Below, one piece after another: positions 38,699 to 47,384 of a DNA stretch of 47,384 nt. Source of the DNA: Candidatus Heimdallarchaeota archaeon (GTDB lineage: Archaea; Asgardarchaeota; Heimdallarchaeia; Hodarchaeales; Hodarchaeaceae); assembly GCA_020353515.1 (NCBI GenBank), contig CP070695.1:1-47384 (forward strand). The letters are read 5' to 3'. The notes below the pieces were generated by a model that ran no database searches, was not told the DNA's origin, and saw only the letters and a list, made by a program, of their open reading frames with translations. How positions within the stretch are numbered: position 1 is the first letter of the stretch; every line of letters starts with the position of its first letter. The translations under genes and the position numbers were made by a program.

Positions 38699-40261
38699 TT
38701 AAGAAAATTGTTTAAGCTTATATGCAAGTAAATCCCGTGGGATATTTTGATTACTATGCTGTAGTATGTCTAGAAGCTTAGGATAACTAATTTCTCTGAA
38801 TAATTTCTTTAAATCGAGTTGTTGTAAAACCTGCTTTGTAATGGGTCTTTTTGCGTCCCAATAGATGAAAGAATGATAAAATTCGTGGGTAATGGGATGA
38901 TCCAATAAGGAAAGCAGAATTGCTGCTTCCTCGTGCGATTTTGCTGGAAGGAAGTAACAAGTGTCATCTAATACAACAGGTTTTCCCTCAAATGGTTTGA
39001 TTAATCTGAATTTCAACTCTTTATAAAAACCAGAAATAGCAACCTTCCATGATGAAAATGTGTAACTTCCGACCCCAAAAACTGAAAATTGAGGGCGATT
39101 CTGATATATGCTGCTTGCTCTGTTCAAAAGAAAATGGGCATATTTCTTTAAATATTCCCATGTTAATGGAGCGTTCTGTTGGATAGAAGAGGTATCTTCC
39201 CCTATCGACTTTTGTGTAACAATCATCCGCCGATTGATATTTTTGATTCTGTTATTCGCCAAATCTGAGCTCTTAAGCATCGGATAGAGGTAATTGTCTT
39301 CTAATGAAACAAGTTCCCCAAAGCCATTAAGAAACCCATTCTCTTGCTTTAATAGTTCCATTACTCTTGTACAATCATGTTTAATGCCTGAACGCCAAAT
39401 ATGAGTATTATTCCCTATTAAATGTCTCCACTTTTTATATAATGGTATATTTGCTACCATTCTCTCATCAATGTAACCAATCTCTTGGATTGGAATGTTT
39501 GAATCAAAGCTCTCATAAATGTGGCAGGTATAATTGAACGATGCAGGTTTTACGTGACATATGAATAAGCATGCATCAACTGAGGCTCCAAAATACTCTT
39601 TAGCATCAATAAGAATTACTTTGGACGAAAAGACAGAGATTTTTTCTTTTTTCGCGTAGATTAACACTTTCCGTGCAACTGCAACTTTACAAAGCATTGC
39701 AAGAATACCTGAATGTCCATTCAGAGCTTTTAAGAGTTCTATTATCATCCATTCTGAGATATCAAAATTACTTTTACCAGTTTTCGTATCCAAACCTTGA
39801 AAACCATGAATATTACTCTTTATCGGGATATTGGCACCGCCCAATATAGTAATTTCTGATGAAGTGACCCATGGAGGATTCCCGATAATTAAAATTGGTT
39901 TGGTTAATCCCTCGACTTCTTTTTGCCAATCCAACTCAAAAAAATTACCTTGACGGAGTTCAACTTTTCCTGATTTCTTTATTTGGGATAATTTTTCAGA
40001 AACCAAGTTTAAGTAATTGGAATTAATGTCTATTCCAATAATTCTTGCTTCTGAGAATGTATCTAAGCATGTGAAAATAAATGAACCTGTACCGCAAGTT
40101 GGTTCAATGATAGAAGCAGGAAAGAAGCCTAATTGTTTCAAATGACAGGTTATTTTACTTGACAACTCATTAGGAGTTTGAAAATCCCCAAATTCTCTCC
40201 TTCTCTGTTTATTCACTTCTATCATCTGAAAGGGGTTGGAATATCCAAACAAAAATATCAA
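38699..40261 (-). CDS. N6-adenine DNA methyltransferase, gamma class (M.NspV/TaqI-like), orphan
   Basis: GDFQTP, IEPTCGTGSF (motif I), GIDIN, IIGNPPW (motif IV), GKSNFDISEW, SGIKHDC, then a C-terminal TRD. Confidence 0.88.
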   Translation of the reverse strand: MIFLFGYSNPFQMIEVNKQRRREFGDFQTPNELSSKITCHLKQLGFFPASIIEPTCGTGSFIFTCLDTFSEARIIGIDINSNYLNLVSEKLSQIKKSGKVELRQGNFFELDWQKEVEGLTKPILIIGNPPWVTSSEITILGGANIPIKSNIHGFQGLDTKTGKSNFDISEWMIIELLKALNGHSGILAMLCKVAVARKVLIYAKKEKISVFSSKVILIDAKEYFGASVDACLFICHVKPASFNYTCHIYESFDSNIPIQEIGYIDERMVANIPLYKKWRHLIGNNTHIWRSGIKHDCTRVMELLKQENGFLNGFGELVSLEDNYLYPMLKSSDLANNRIKNINRRMIVTQKSIGEDTSSIQQNAPLTWEYLKKYAHFLLNRASSIYQNRPQFSVFGVGSYTFSSWKVAISGFYKELKFRLIKPFEGKPVVLDDTCYFLPAKSHEEAAILLSLLDHPITHEFYHSFIYWDAKRPITKQVLQQLDLKKLFREISYPKLLDILQHSNQNIPRDLLAYKLKQFS

Positions 40262-40277
40262 AGGATATCTATCAAGA

Positions 40278-41201
40278 TTAACGCATTTCTATATAATTTA
40301 ATAATCCCTCTACTATTTTCTTTTTATTTCCACTAACCCTAATTCTCAAATGATTAGCTAGGACTTTTAATTCGTTTACCGTCATTTTTGATAGTAGAAT
40401 TTTATTTTGGTCACGAGATTTAGATTGAATTTCTTCTAGAATTCCGGGAATCTTATCTATTGTACTATAGAACGAAAGCCAATGAGGGAGAGTTCTTGAC
40501 CACCAGCGTGGATGAAATTCACCGTAATAATCAGTTATCTCAATTTCACTGGGTTTTAATTTCTCTTTAATCGCTATTTTGATACAACTTCGAAGTTTTT
40601 GCAAATTAGAGATGTGATTAGTGATTTTATCCCCAGTAAGAAATGGTCCGTGGCCTGGAACTATTTTAATAGGTTTCAGTGTTTTTATTTCATCTAAAGC
40701 ATTGAACCAGAGCTCGGGATTACAGGTTGGATCACCACCAAAAGGTGGAAATAGGTTTTCGAAAATTAGATCTCCAGCAAAAATGATTTTCTCTGCAGGA
40801 AAATGTACGAACATCGAACCAACGGTATGTCCCCCAGTATGGAATATTTTTACTTCATAACTCCCATCTTGGATTAAATGTTCATCTTTGATAAACAAAG
40901 CGTTCTGAAATCGACCTTTATCTGTCGGAGTATAGTCAGAGACAACAATATCAGCATCTTTAAACGCCTGTCTTCCACTAATATGATCTCCATGACAATG
41001 GGTTAATATCACGTATTTTATTGGGAGATTGTAATATTCTTCAAGCTTCTTACGAAAGGTTCTTCCGCCACTTAGGTTACCAGTTGAATCAATTGCGACA
41101 GCATAATTTTCTATAGCAATTCCTCCCACATTACCATGAGGCCTTTCTCCAATTACCATGAAAGAATATTCTGAAATTTTCACGAATTCACCAATCTCCA
41201 A
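40278..41201 (-). CDS. Metallo-beta-lactamase-fold hydrolase with a C-terminal SAP-like domain
   Basis: THCHGDH, GGHT, FAGD, VPGHG. The C-terminal 'LSKMTVNELKVLANHLRIRVSGNKKKIVEGL' matches the SAP consensus. Confidence 0.85.
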   Translation of the reverse strand: MEIGEFVKISEYSFMVIGERPHGNVGGIAIENYAVAIDSTGNLSGGRTFRKKLEEYYNLPIKYVILTHCHGDHISGRQAFKDADIVVSDYTPTDKGRFQNALFIKDEHLIQDGSYEVKIFHTGGHTVGSMFVHFPAEKIIFAGDLIFENLFPPFGGDPTCNPELWFNALDEIKTLKPIKIVPGHGPFLTGDKITNHISNLQKLRSCIKIAIKEKLKPSEIEITDYYGEFHPRWWSRTLPHWLSFYSTIDKIPGILEEIQSKSRDQNKILLSKMTVNELKVLANHLRIRVSGNKKKIVEGLLNYIEMR

Positions 41202-41505
41202 TATAGATACCTCTAATCATGAATTATGTGAATTTATGAGATTGAGAAGGCATTTAACCTTCTACCTAATAAATATTTCTATAAAGGTAATTTGTTAAGA
41301 GATTATTGATAAAATACAAAAAGGAGGAGACTGCTTTGTTGGTTTAAAACTATTTCCTTTATGTTTCCATATAGTATCGCTCCTTAGTTATTGAGTACAT
41401 ACTCTGAACAATATCAAGGATAGACCAATTTTAATAAAAACTTCTTTGAGCGTAATATAACCATAATTCCATAATATCGGAGAAATAAAATGAGTACTGA
41501 TTGTT

Positions 41506-43005
41506 ATGTCGGATAAGGATAAGAATGATATAAAGATTCAGGTAAAAAGAGAGAAAAAACCAAAGATTCCAAAAGAAGAATTGGTAGAAACGAAACATTC
41601 TGCAATAATAAGCGATAAATCGGTTAGTTACACTGTTAATGTTGGAACAATGCTCATCAAAGAGGAAGAAGAAGAGAAAGAGCCTCAAGCGAAAGCAACG
41701 ATATTCTACATTGCTTATATACGTGATGATATTGAAAACAAAGAATCCCGACCAATTACTTTTTCTTTTAATGGAGGCCCAGGTTCTTCTTCAGTATGGC
41801 TACATTTAGGTGTTTTGGGTCCCCGTAGAGTTATTGCTGAAGAGAATGATAATCCCGTTCCACCTCCCTATCGTTTAGTCAATAATGAATATTCATTGCT
41901 AGATGTTACAGATCTAGTATTTATTGATCCAGTCAGTACTGGATATTCCCGAGCAGTTCCAGGTGAAAAAAACACGCAATTTCATGAGTATAAAAAGGAC
42001 ATTAACACCATAGGTGAGTTTATTCGGTTATACACCTCACGAATAAAACGCTGGAACTCTCCCAAATTCCTGATAGGTGAGAGTTATGGAACTACCCGTG
42101 CTGCAGGCTTAGCTGGATATTTACATGAGGATCTTGGCATGTTTTTGAATGGAATCATGCTTATTTCATGTATATTAAATTTTCAAACAGGTAGATTTAA
42201 TCCTGGAAATGATCTTCCAAATATACTTTTTCTCCCCACTTATTCTGCCACAGCATGGTATCACAAAAAACTTCCAGAGGAACTACAGGCAGATCTTCAT
42301 CAAACACTAAAAGAAGTAACTGCTTTCGCAATGAATGATTATACATTGGCATTAATGAAAGGTGATCAACTGAGCTCTGACGAAGAAGCTCAAATTATTA
42401 CTCAATTAGTCAGGTACACAGGTCTATCTGAAAAGTATGTCAGGGGAGCCAACCTTCGGATTAATATCCACAAATTTGTGAAAGAATTATTAAGAGAAGA
42501 GCATAGAACGGTAGGTAGATTGGATAGTCGATTTAAAGGGATAGATCGGGATGATACTGGGGCGGAAGTTGAATTTGATCCAAGTTACGCAGTCATTCAA
42601 GGGCCTTATACCGCAACACTAAACGATTATGTCCGTCGGGATCTCAACTTCGCAAGTGATCTTCCTTATGAGATTCTAGCACCTATCTATAAAACATGGA
42701 AATATGAGGACTATGATAATCAATATCTCAATGTAGGAGAAACCTTGAGACAAGCGATGAGTATGAACCCGTTTTTGAAAGTCTTTGTTGGAAATGGGTA
42801 TTACGACCTCGCTACTCCGTTTTTCGCCACAGAATATACCTTCAGTCATCTAGAATTGGATCCGAGTCTACGGAAGAATATTTCTATGGGTTTCTATGAG
42901 GCAGGCCACATGATGTATTTACATCCACCATCGCTGGCAAAGTTACGAGACGATTTGGTCAATTTCATCCAATCTGCTCTTCCCCTTACAGATATTTCGG
43001 AATAA
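41506..43005 (+). CDS. Peptidase S10 serine carboxypeptidase
   Basis: FNGGPGSSS, FIDPVSTGYS, GESYG, GYYDLATP, AGHM. Confidence 0.93.
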   Translation: MSDKDKNDIKIQVKREKKPKIPKEELVETKHSAIISDKSVSYTVNVGTMLIKEEEEEKEPQAKATIFYIAYIRDDIENKESRPITFSFNGGPGSSSVWLHLGVLGPRRVIAEENDNPVPPPYRLVNNEYSLLDVTDLVFIDPVSTGYSRAVPGEKNTQFHEYKKDINTIGEFIRLYTSRIKRWNSPKFLIGESYGTTRAAGLAGYLHEDLGMFLNGIMLISCILNFQTGRFNPGNDLPNILFLPTYSATAWYHKKLPEELQADLHQTLKEVTAFAMNDYTLALMKGDQLSSDEEAQIITQLVRYTGLSEKYVRGANLRINIHKFVKELLREEHRTVGRLDSRFKGIDRDDTGAEVEFDPSYAVIQGPYTATLNDYVRRDLNFASDLPYEILAPIYKTWKYEDYDNQYLNVGETLRQAMSMNPFLKVFVGNGYYDLATPFFATEYTFSHLELDPSLRKNISMGFYEAGHMMYLHPPSLAKLRDDLVNFIQSALPLTDISE

Positions 43006-43042
43006 TTGTTTAAATATTGATAGTATATTGTAAATCAAAACG

Positions 43043-43822
43043 ATGTTGGAGATTATGGCAATTTTAACGCCCCGTGATATCGGGAGTAAGCTGAAACAAG
43101 CAGGTAGATTAAGCTCACAACCTTTATGCATTTATGGAACCGACACACCTCCAGCGGAATCTATTTCCTCTACAGAGATCAATAGATGTATAGCAAGAGT
43201 CATATTCACATTGGCAACGGATTCGACTCATTCAGGTGTCTATATCAGCGTGGATAAAAAGAAAAAGTGTTGTCCTGGGGGTCAAGCTTGGTTGGGATTT
43301 CAACCATTTATGCCCTACCTGAAACATTTCTTATCGTCTGGTTCTCCAGATTTCAGGAATGGTAGTGCAGAGTATCTGATTTCCGATCCCGACCTTGTAG
43401 AAAAGAGACTCAAGTCTATAGGAAAGGTCACTCCCCTTGATGAATTCATTATAATACAAAGGAGTGATCAGATTTTTGAACAACATCAACAAATAAAGGC
43501 GTTTTTATGTTTCGGAGAGGCTGAACAAATTAGAAATCTCTGTTCATTAATATATTTCCGTTCAGAAAAGTCCAGTGGGATACAGATTCCTTGGGGTCCT
43601 TCCTGTGCTTCATTTATTAGTTATCCTACTGGAATGATCAAATTCAACCAACAAGAATGTGCAATCCTTGGCCCTACGGATCCTACTGGTAATTTTTGGT
43701 TTCCTCATAGTTTTATGTCAATGGGGGTTCCATTTAATATTGCTAGGCAAATGGCTGAAGATTTGGATTCCTCCTTCATTATTCAAAGACCGAAGGTTGC
43801 ATATCCCGTAAGAAAATCGTGA
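43043..43822 (+). CDS. DUF169-family protein
   Basis: C-IAR, CPGG..LGF, EQIRNL, WGPSC, GPTDP, SMGVPF pattern. Confidence 0.65.
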   Translation: MLEIMAILTPRDIGSKLKQAGRLSSQPLCIYGTDTPPAESISSTEINRCIARVIFTLATDSTHSGVYISVDKKKKCCPGGQAWLGFQPFMPYLKHFLSSGSPDFRNGSAEYLISDPDLVEKRLKSIGKVTPLDEFIIIQRSDQIFEQHQQIKAFLCFGEAEQIRNLCSLIYFRSEKSSGIQIPWGPSCASFISYPTGMIKFNQQECAILGPTDPTGNFWFPHSFMSMGVPFNIARQMAEDLDSSFIIQRPKVAYPVRKS

Positions 43823-43843
43823 GAACTGAGAGTGAGATTTATT

Positions 43844-43996
43844 ATGGTCGGAGAACCAGATCGCGAATTCAAATGGCCTATTTGTGATAATTTCATGATG
43901 CCAGCACCAGCTGAAAAAGTATGGGAAGTTATATCAACACCTGAAATCTTAGAACAAACTCATCCCTGTAATAACCATTGGTGTTTAGCGAAATAA
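43844..43996 (+). pseudogene. Truncated SRPBCC/START-like gene (5' fragment, 50 codons)
   Basis: MVGEPDREFKWPICDNFMMPAPAEKVWEVISTPEILEQTHP..; 'APAEKVWEVIS' is the typical SRPBCC N-terminus, and the ORF ends prematurely. Confidence 0.6.
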
Positions 43997-44038
43997 TTCT
44001 TGAAAATAGATGACTAATGACTTAAAAAAAAGAAGGAA

Positions 44039-44338
44039 CTATAATAATATACTATATACTTCAGAAGGAATTGCTCGATAAAATTTCGTCTCCCTCTTTA
44101 AGCAACGTATAACAGCTTTTTCAAATGAAGTTAGATTTTCTTTTTCAGCTAAATTAATCAAATCTAGGAATTCTTTGTTCAACATCATGTCTTGGTAAAG
44201 ACCTGTTATGATACTCCGCATTTTCTCCCTGTCTTCTATGGCATTCTTAGGCATACTTACTCGCATATCCCAAAGCATTAAACTGGTACTCATTCCCAAG
44301 GCATGTATTGTTGTATATTTATCTAGGATTTTTTTCAT
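44039..44338 (-). pseudogene. Truncated carboxypeptidase M32 (Taq/Pfu-like), N-terminal ~100 aa only
   Basis: 'SLMLWDMRVSMPKNAIEDR..LTSFEKAVIRCLKRE...RAIP.E' matches the M32 N-terminus (~500 aa family). HEXXH is not present. Confidence 0.7.
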
Positions 44339-46001
44339 ATTGGTTGATTTTACTATTTTCAATAATAGGTAATATTAAATGCGATGGATATTCGGAATCA
44401 TGGAGTATAGTTTGATTAGCTTTAACAAAATCACTATTTAATTCATTATGACCACCTGTATTGAGATTCCTACTAATCCGGGGAAAATTGCTACTTGATA
44501 TTGCTAATCCGATCCTGTGTCCAATGAGAAATTCATTAGAAGTCGACCACAAATCTATTTCATAACAATATACTTCACCAGGGGTCAATAATTCAGGATT
44601 TTCTATTCCATTACGGAATCTAGCTCTAATAACTCCATCTGTTAAAATTCGAGCATTTCCATCTAGTCCTATATCCATAAACTTAGCTGTAAAATCTGTA
44701 TCTTTTGCTGAACTTGAAGCATACAGTACTAGTTTGATCATTCCTGTGATTTCAAGTGGTTCTGTTAGTGGTTCACTATAATAGGTTAGAACATCTTTCC
44801 GAAACATTGTTATTTGTTGATCTCTTGGTCCTCTCTTCATTGGTAGTGAAATAGCTGGACTACTATTTGCACCTCCCCATGTCAAAACTGGGTCAGCAGG
44901 ATCATAGATGAATTTATCAGGCAATTCTTCATTGGGTTTTTCTACAGATAATATCCCTTTTACCCATGAACCGGACACATCTCCATTGCTATGTAAATAA
45001 AATTTTGTATCTTTAGCCCTAGAAAGTGGCCATTCTTGTTCATCGCGCCATTTATTTCTTCCCATCACAAAAATTCTAACAGGAGATAAAGTATTAACCA
45101 AATCGTTTCCCTTCAAATGCTTTTCAAAAAAATCTCTCTCAATAGAACGTAAATCTAACTTTGAGTTTGGGCCAAAATTATACTCATTTGCAGCATCACC
45201 AGCTACACTATGATCCCAAGGCCCAATTATAAGATGTGTATTTCTTTTTTGGTAATCAGAGCCATACTTCATTGTTTGCATAAAGAAATCTATTGGTCCT
45301 GTCCCACAATGATCGTACCATCCTGTTACCATAAGATTTGGTGTATTTAGCTTATGAATCTTCTCAGGGCTCATATCTTCTTTCAAACTAAATAACTGAT
45401 AATTCTTTAAAATATGATGATATCTTTCAATTGGTCCATGTAATTCATCAAGAACAGTAGTTATTGGCAATTTATAGAGATGAGGCATCCACTCTACAGT
45501 ATCAACAGGTCGGAATTCATTACTACTTTGAGCCATAAACATCCATTGAGGTATCTGGCTAAACATGAATGCACCTCCGAGGTGAGACATGAAACCATAT
45601 GGTAATACTTCTGGGGACATTGCACGATGTGCAGGATGAGCTAAAAATGCAGTTTCAGTTTGAACTCTTGCCAAAGCAGATCGACCGAAAGTACCAACGA
45701 TTTTGTTGCTCCAAGATTGATCTATAATCCAATCCATTGTATCGTATCCATCTTCAGGGTGGTTTTGCCTTGTGACTGGTCCACCTTCCGATTTATTACG
45801 CCCCCGAACGTTTTGTAAAACAACAACATAACCATTTTTTCCCCAATATCTCGCTACTTCATCAACCATTTCATGACCATAAGTACACCTAGCCAAAAGA
45901 GAAGGAAATTTGCCATCACCATTTGGAAAGTATACAAAAGTTTGTAAATGAATTCCATCCCTCATTTCGAGCATAACTTCTTCTATTTTCAAAATAATCA
46001 C
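44319..46001 (-). CDS. CocE/NonD family hydrolase (peptidase S15-like)
   Basis: MRDGIHL, RCTY, RGRNKSEG, EDGYDT, GTFGRS, GWYD, IGPWDH, ISSSNFPR. Confidence 0.9.
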   Translation of the reverse strand: MIILKIEEVMLEMRDGIHLQTFVYFPNGDGKFPSLLARCTYGHEMVDEVARYWGKNGYVVVLQNVRGRNKSEGGPVTRQNHPEDGYDTMDWIIDQSWSNKIVGTFGRSALARVQTETAFLAHPAHRAMSPEVLPYGFMSHLGGAFMFSQIPQWMFMAQSSNEFRPVDTVEWMPHLYKLPITTVLDELHGPIERYHHILKNYQLFSLKEDMSPEKIHKLNTPNLMVTGWYDHCGTGPIDFFMQTMKYGSDYQKRNTHLIIGPWDHSVAGDAANEYNFGPNSKLDLRSIERDFFEKHLKGNDLVNTLSPVRIFVMGRNKWRDEQEWPLSRAKDTKFYLHSNGDVSGSWVKGILSVEKPNEELPDKFIYDPADPVLTWGGANSSPAISLPMKRGPRDQQITMFRKDVLTYYSEPLTEPLEITGMIKLVLYASSSAKDTDFTAKFMDIGLDGNARILTDGVIRARFRNGIENPELLTPGEVYCYEIDLWSTSNEFLIGHRIGLAISSSNFPRISRNLNTGGHNELNSDFVKANQTILHDSEYPSHLILPIIENSKINQYEKNPR

Positions 46002-46162
46002 CTGTTAGAAATTAGATAAACAGGACTTGTCCATTCCATGTGAACATCTTCTTGGGTCACTCTAATAAATATTGGATTATCACCCTTATTTTTTTAAAAT
46101 TATAGAAGTTTTGAAGGAAAAGTCATAATTATTCCTTTCCTCTGAAAGTCTAAGATGTATTG

Positions 46163-46653
46163 ATGACAGTAATGCAGGATTCTGATAAATATTCTTCATA
46201 CAAAGCTCCTGAAAAAGCTGCATGGTGGAAATCAGCAGTAGAACGATTGGAGAATGAAGTGAGAGATGAAAAAAAACTATAGATGTTATGAGATCCTGTG
46301 GACAAAAATGTTGTGGACAGGGGAATAGAAAAACCACAAAGAGATTGATGGAGGAATCTAAATCTATGGAGGAATTTCTAAAAATGGCTAGCACACATGA
46401 GGTTAAAGAAGGCGAAATTGAGTACACGATAAAAGATAGAAACACCATTGTTGATGTATTCAATAGATGTTTCTGTGGGCAAGTAAAACAAACCAAAGAC
46501 CCTTTCATAAACCTACTATATTGTCATTGCTCTGCTGAATTTCATAAACAATTTTTTGAAGCTGCTCTTGGAAAACCTATTGATGTGAAACTAACCCAAT
46601 CAATCATTAGCGGAGCAAAGACTTGTAATTTTATTATACATATTGAAGAGTGA
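46163..46653 (+). pseudogene. DUF6144-like Cys-rich (V4R/HNOX-like) protein, frameshifted at an A8 run (46269-46276)
   Basis: The upstream frame MTVMQDSDKY..KAAWWKSAVERLENEVRDEKKL* joins by a -1 shift to TIDVMRSCGQKC..CFC..YCHCS..SIISGAKTCNF. Confidence 0.65.
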
Positions 46654-46666
46654 GATTTTGCTTTAA

Positions 46667-47099
46667 GAAAAGACTGAATTTTTTCCTGAAATTCTCTCTG
46701 AAGATCCCCTCAGAGAGGAAGGCAATTTAGAAGAGAGTTATGCCTACTTTATTCATCAATCTGGTAAGTTCTGGATAGTGGAAGATCAAGAAAGAATAAT
46801 GGGATTAATAGGAGTCCAACTTCAAACAATTATAAGGGGCTGATCTAATTCAACTTCGTGTAAGAAAAAGTCATCGAAGAAGGGGAATAGGTACATCATT
46901 GGTTGAGAAGGTTGAGGGATTTACTCTCTTTCGTGGGAAGGAAAAAATGATTCTTCACACAGCTGAACGCCTGGTTAATGCACGAAAATTATATGAGAAG
47001 TCTGGATATATCTTAGAAAGTTCGACAAAAACTTCTCCTCCCCTCGAGTTCACTGTTATGACATATAGAAAGGATTTATTGTCAGAGAAGAAAAAGTAG
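46667..47099 (+). pseudogene. GNAT acetyltransferase, frameshifted near 46830-46840 and lacking a start codon
   Basis: Frame A 'GKFWIVEDQERIMGLIGV' ends in TGA. Frame B continues 'ADLIQLRVRKSHRRRGIGTSLV..ARKLYEKSGY' (acetyl-CoA motifs A and B). Confidence 0.75.
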
Positions 47100-47222
47100 C
47101 ATGTTTTCGAATGTCTAACACTTGAACTCTTACTCTTAATTTATTAGAATGATGGGAAAACCAACCTAATAGTGGGAAAAGATATAAAAATGTGGAAACA
47201 TTCATGAAAATATGGTGATTTA

Positions 47223-47384
47223 TTGATTGAGATCAAGCGATTAGATGCTCAAGGCCGGTTAGTGCTCCCCCCTGCCTGGCGTAAAAAACTCCAATCAAAT
47301 GAAGTATTAGTTGTAGAGGATGGGAATCTTCTATTAATTATTCCCAAGGGTGATCCTGATCTTTCCAAATATCTTGAATTTGTT
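47223..47384 (+). CDS. AbrB/MazE/SpoVT-family DNA-binding protein, probable VapB antitoxin (3' partial; not in the ORF track)
   Basis: TTG start after GGTGA: MIEIKRLDAQGRLVLPPAWRKKLQSNEVLVVEDGNLLLIIP. Confidence 0.8.
   Translation, partial: MIEIKRLDAQGRLVLPPAWRKKLQSNEVLVVEDGNLLLIIPKGDPDLSKYLEFV

Noticed and set aside
3824-43131. Other short tracked ORFs nested in or antisense to long genes (e.g. 3824, 5037, 7122, 9756, 11690, 19477-20325, 20992, 21540, 22285, 23018, 23779, 25345, 25681, 27057, 32235, 33977, 35792, 40621, 41431, 42943)
   Set aside because: They overlap confidently assigned CDSs and show no recognisable features.
46086-46508. 140-aa minus-strand ORF
   Set aside because: It is antisense to the DUF6144-like gene and has no motif.
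1-47384. CRISPR array, rRNA, IS/transposase
   Set aside because: No regularly spaced repeats, GC-rich structural RNA or transposase motifs were seen by eye.

Overview
An AT-rich archaeal window, most likely from an Asgard archaeon (Heimdallarchaeia/Hodarchaeales-like). This is inferred from a RagA/Gtr1-like GTPase, roadblock and longin-like proteins, tandem DUF2341/LamG surface repeats, a geranylgeranyl reductase and a PGF-CTERM-like sorting tail. About 1-16 kb is rich in eukaryote-like signalling and scaffold genes. About 16-28.7 kb holds metabolic genes (DGGR, PGI/PMI, hypD, GH13), a wHTH + AAA ATPase pair, a heterodimeric M16B peptidase pair and a Pro-rich membrane protein. The most striking element is at 28.8-32.7 kb. 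An unannotated 50-aa signal-peptide-like ORF (30998..31150, minus) sits head-to-head with a tandem wHTH/Lrp-like regulator and upstream of a four-gene operon of small proteins, two of them paralogous wHTH-like. Several palindromic operator candidates lie between them. This is a candidate archaeal peptide-signalling module. About 38.3-47.1 kb is a plastic region with an orphan m6A methyltransferase, an MBL-SAP fusion, peptidases and five truncated or frameshifted genes. No rRNA, tRNA, CRISPR array or transposase was recognised. All family calls come from motif recognition by eye, not database searches.
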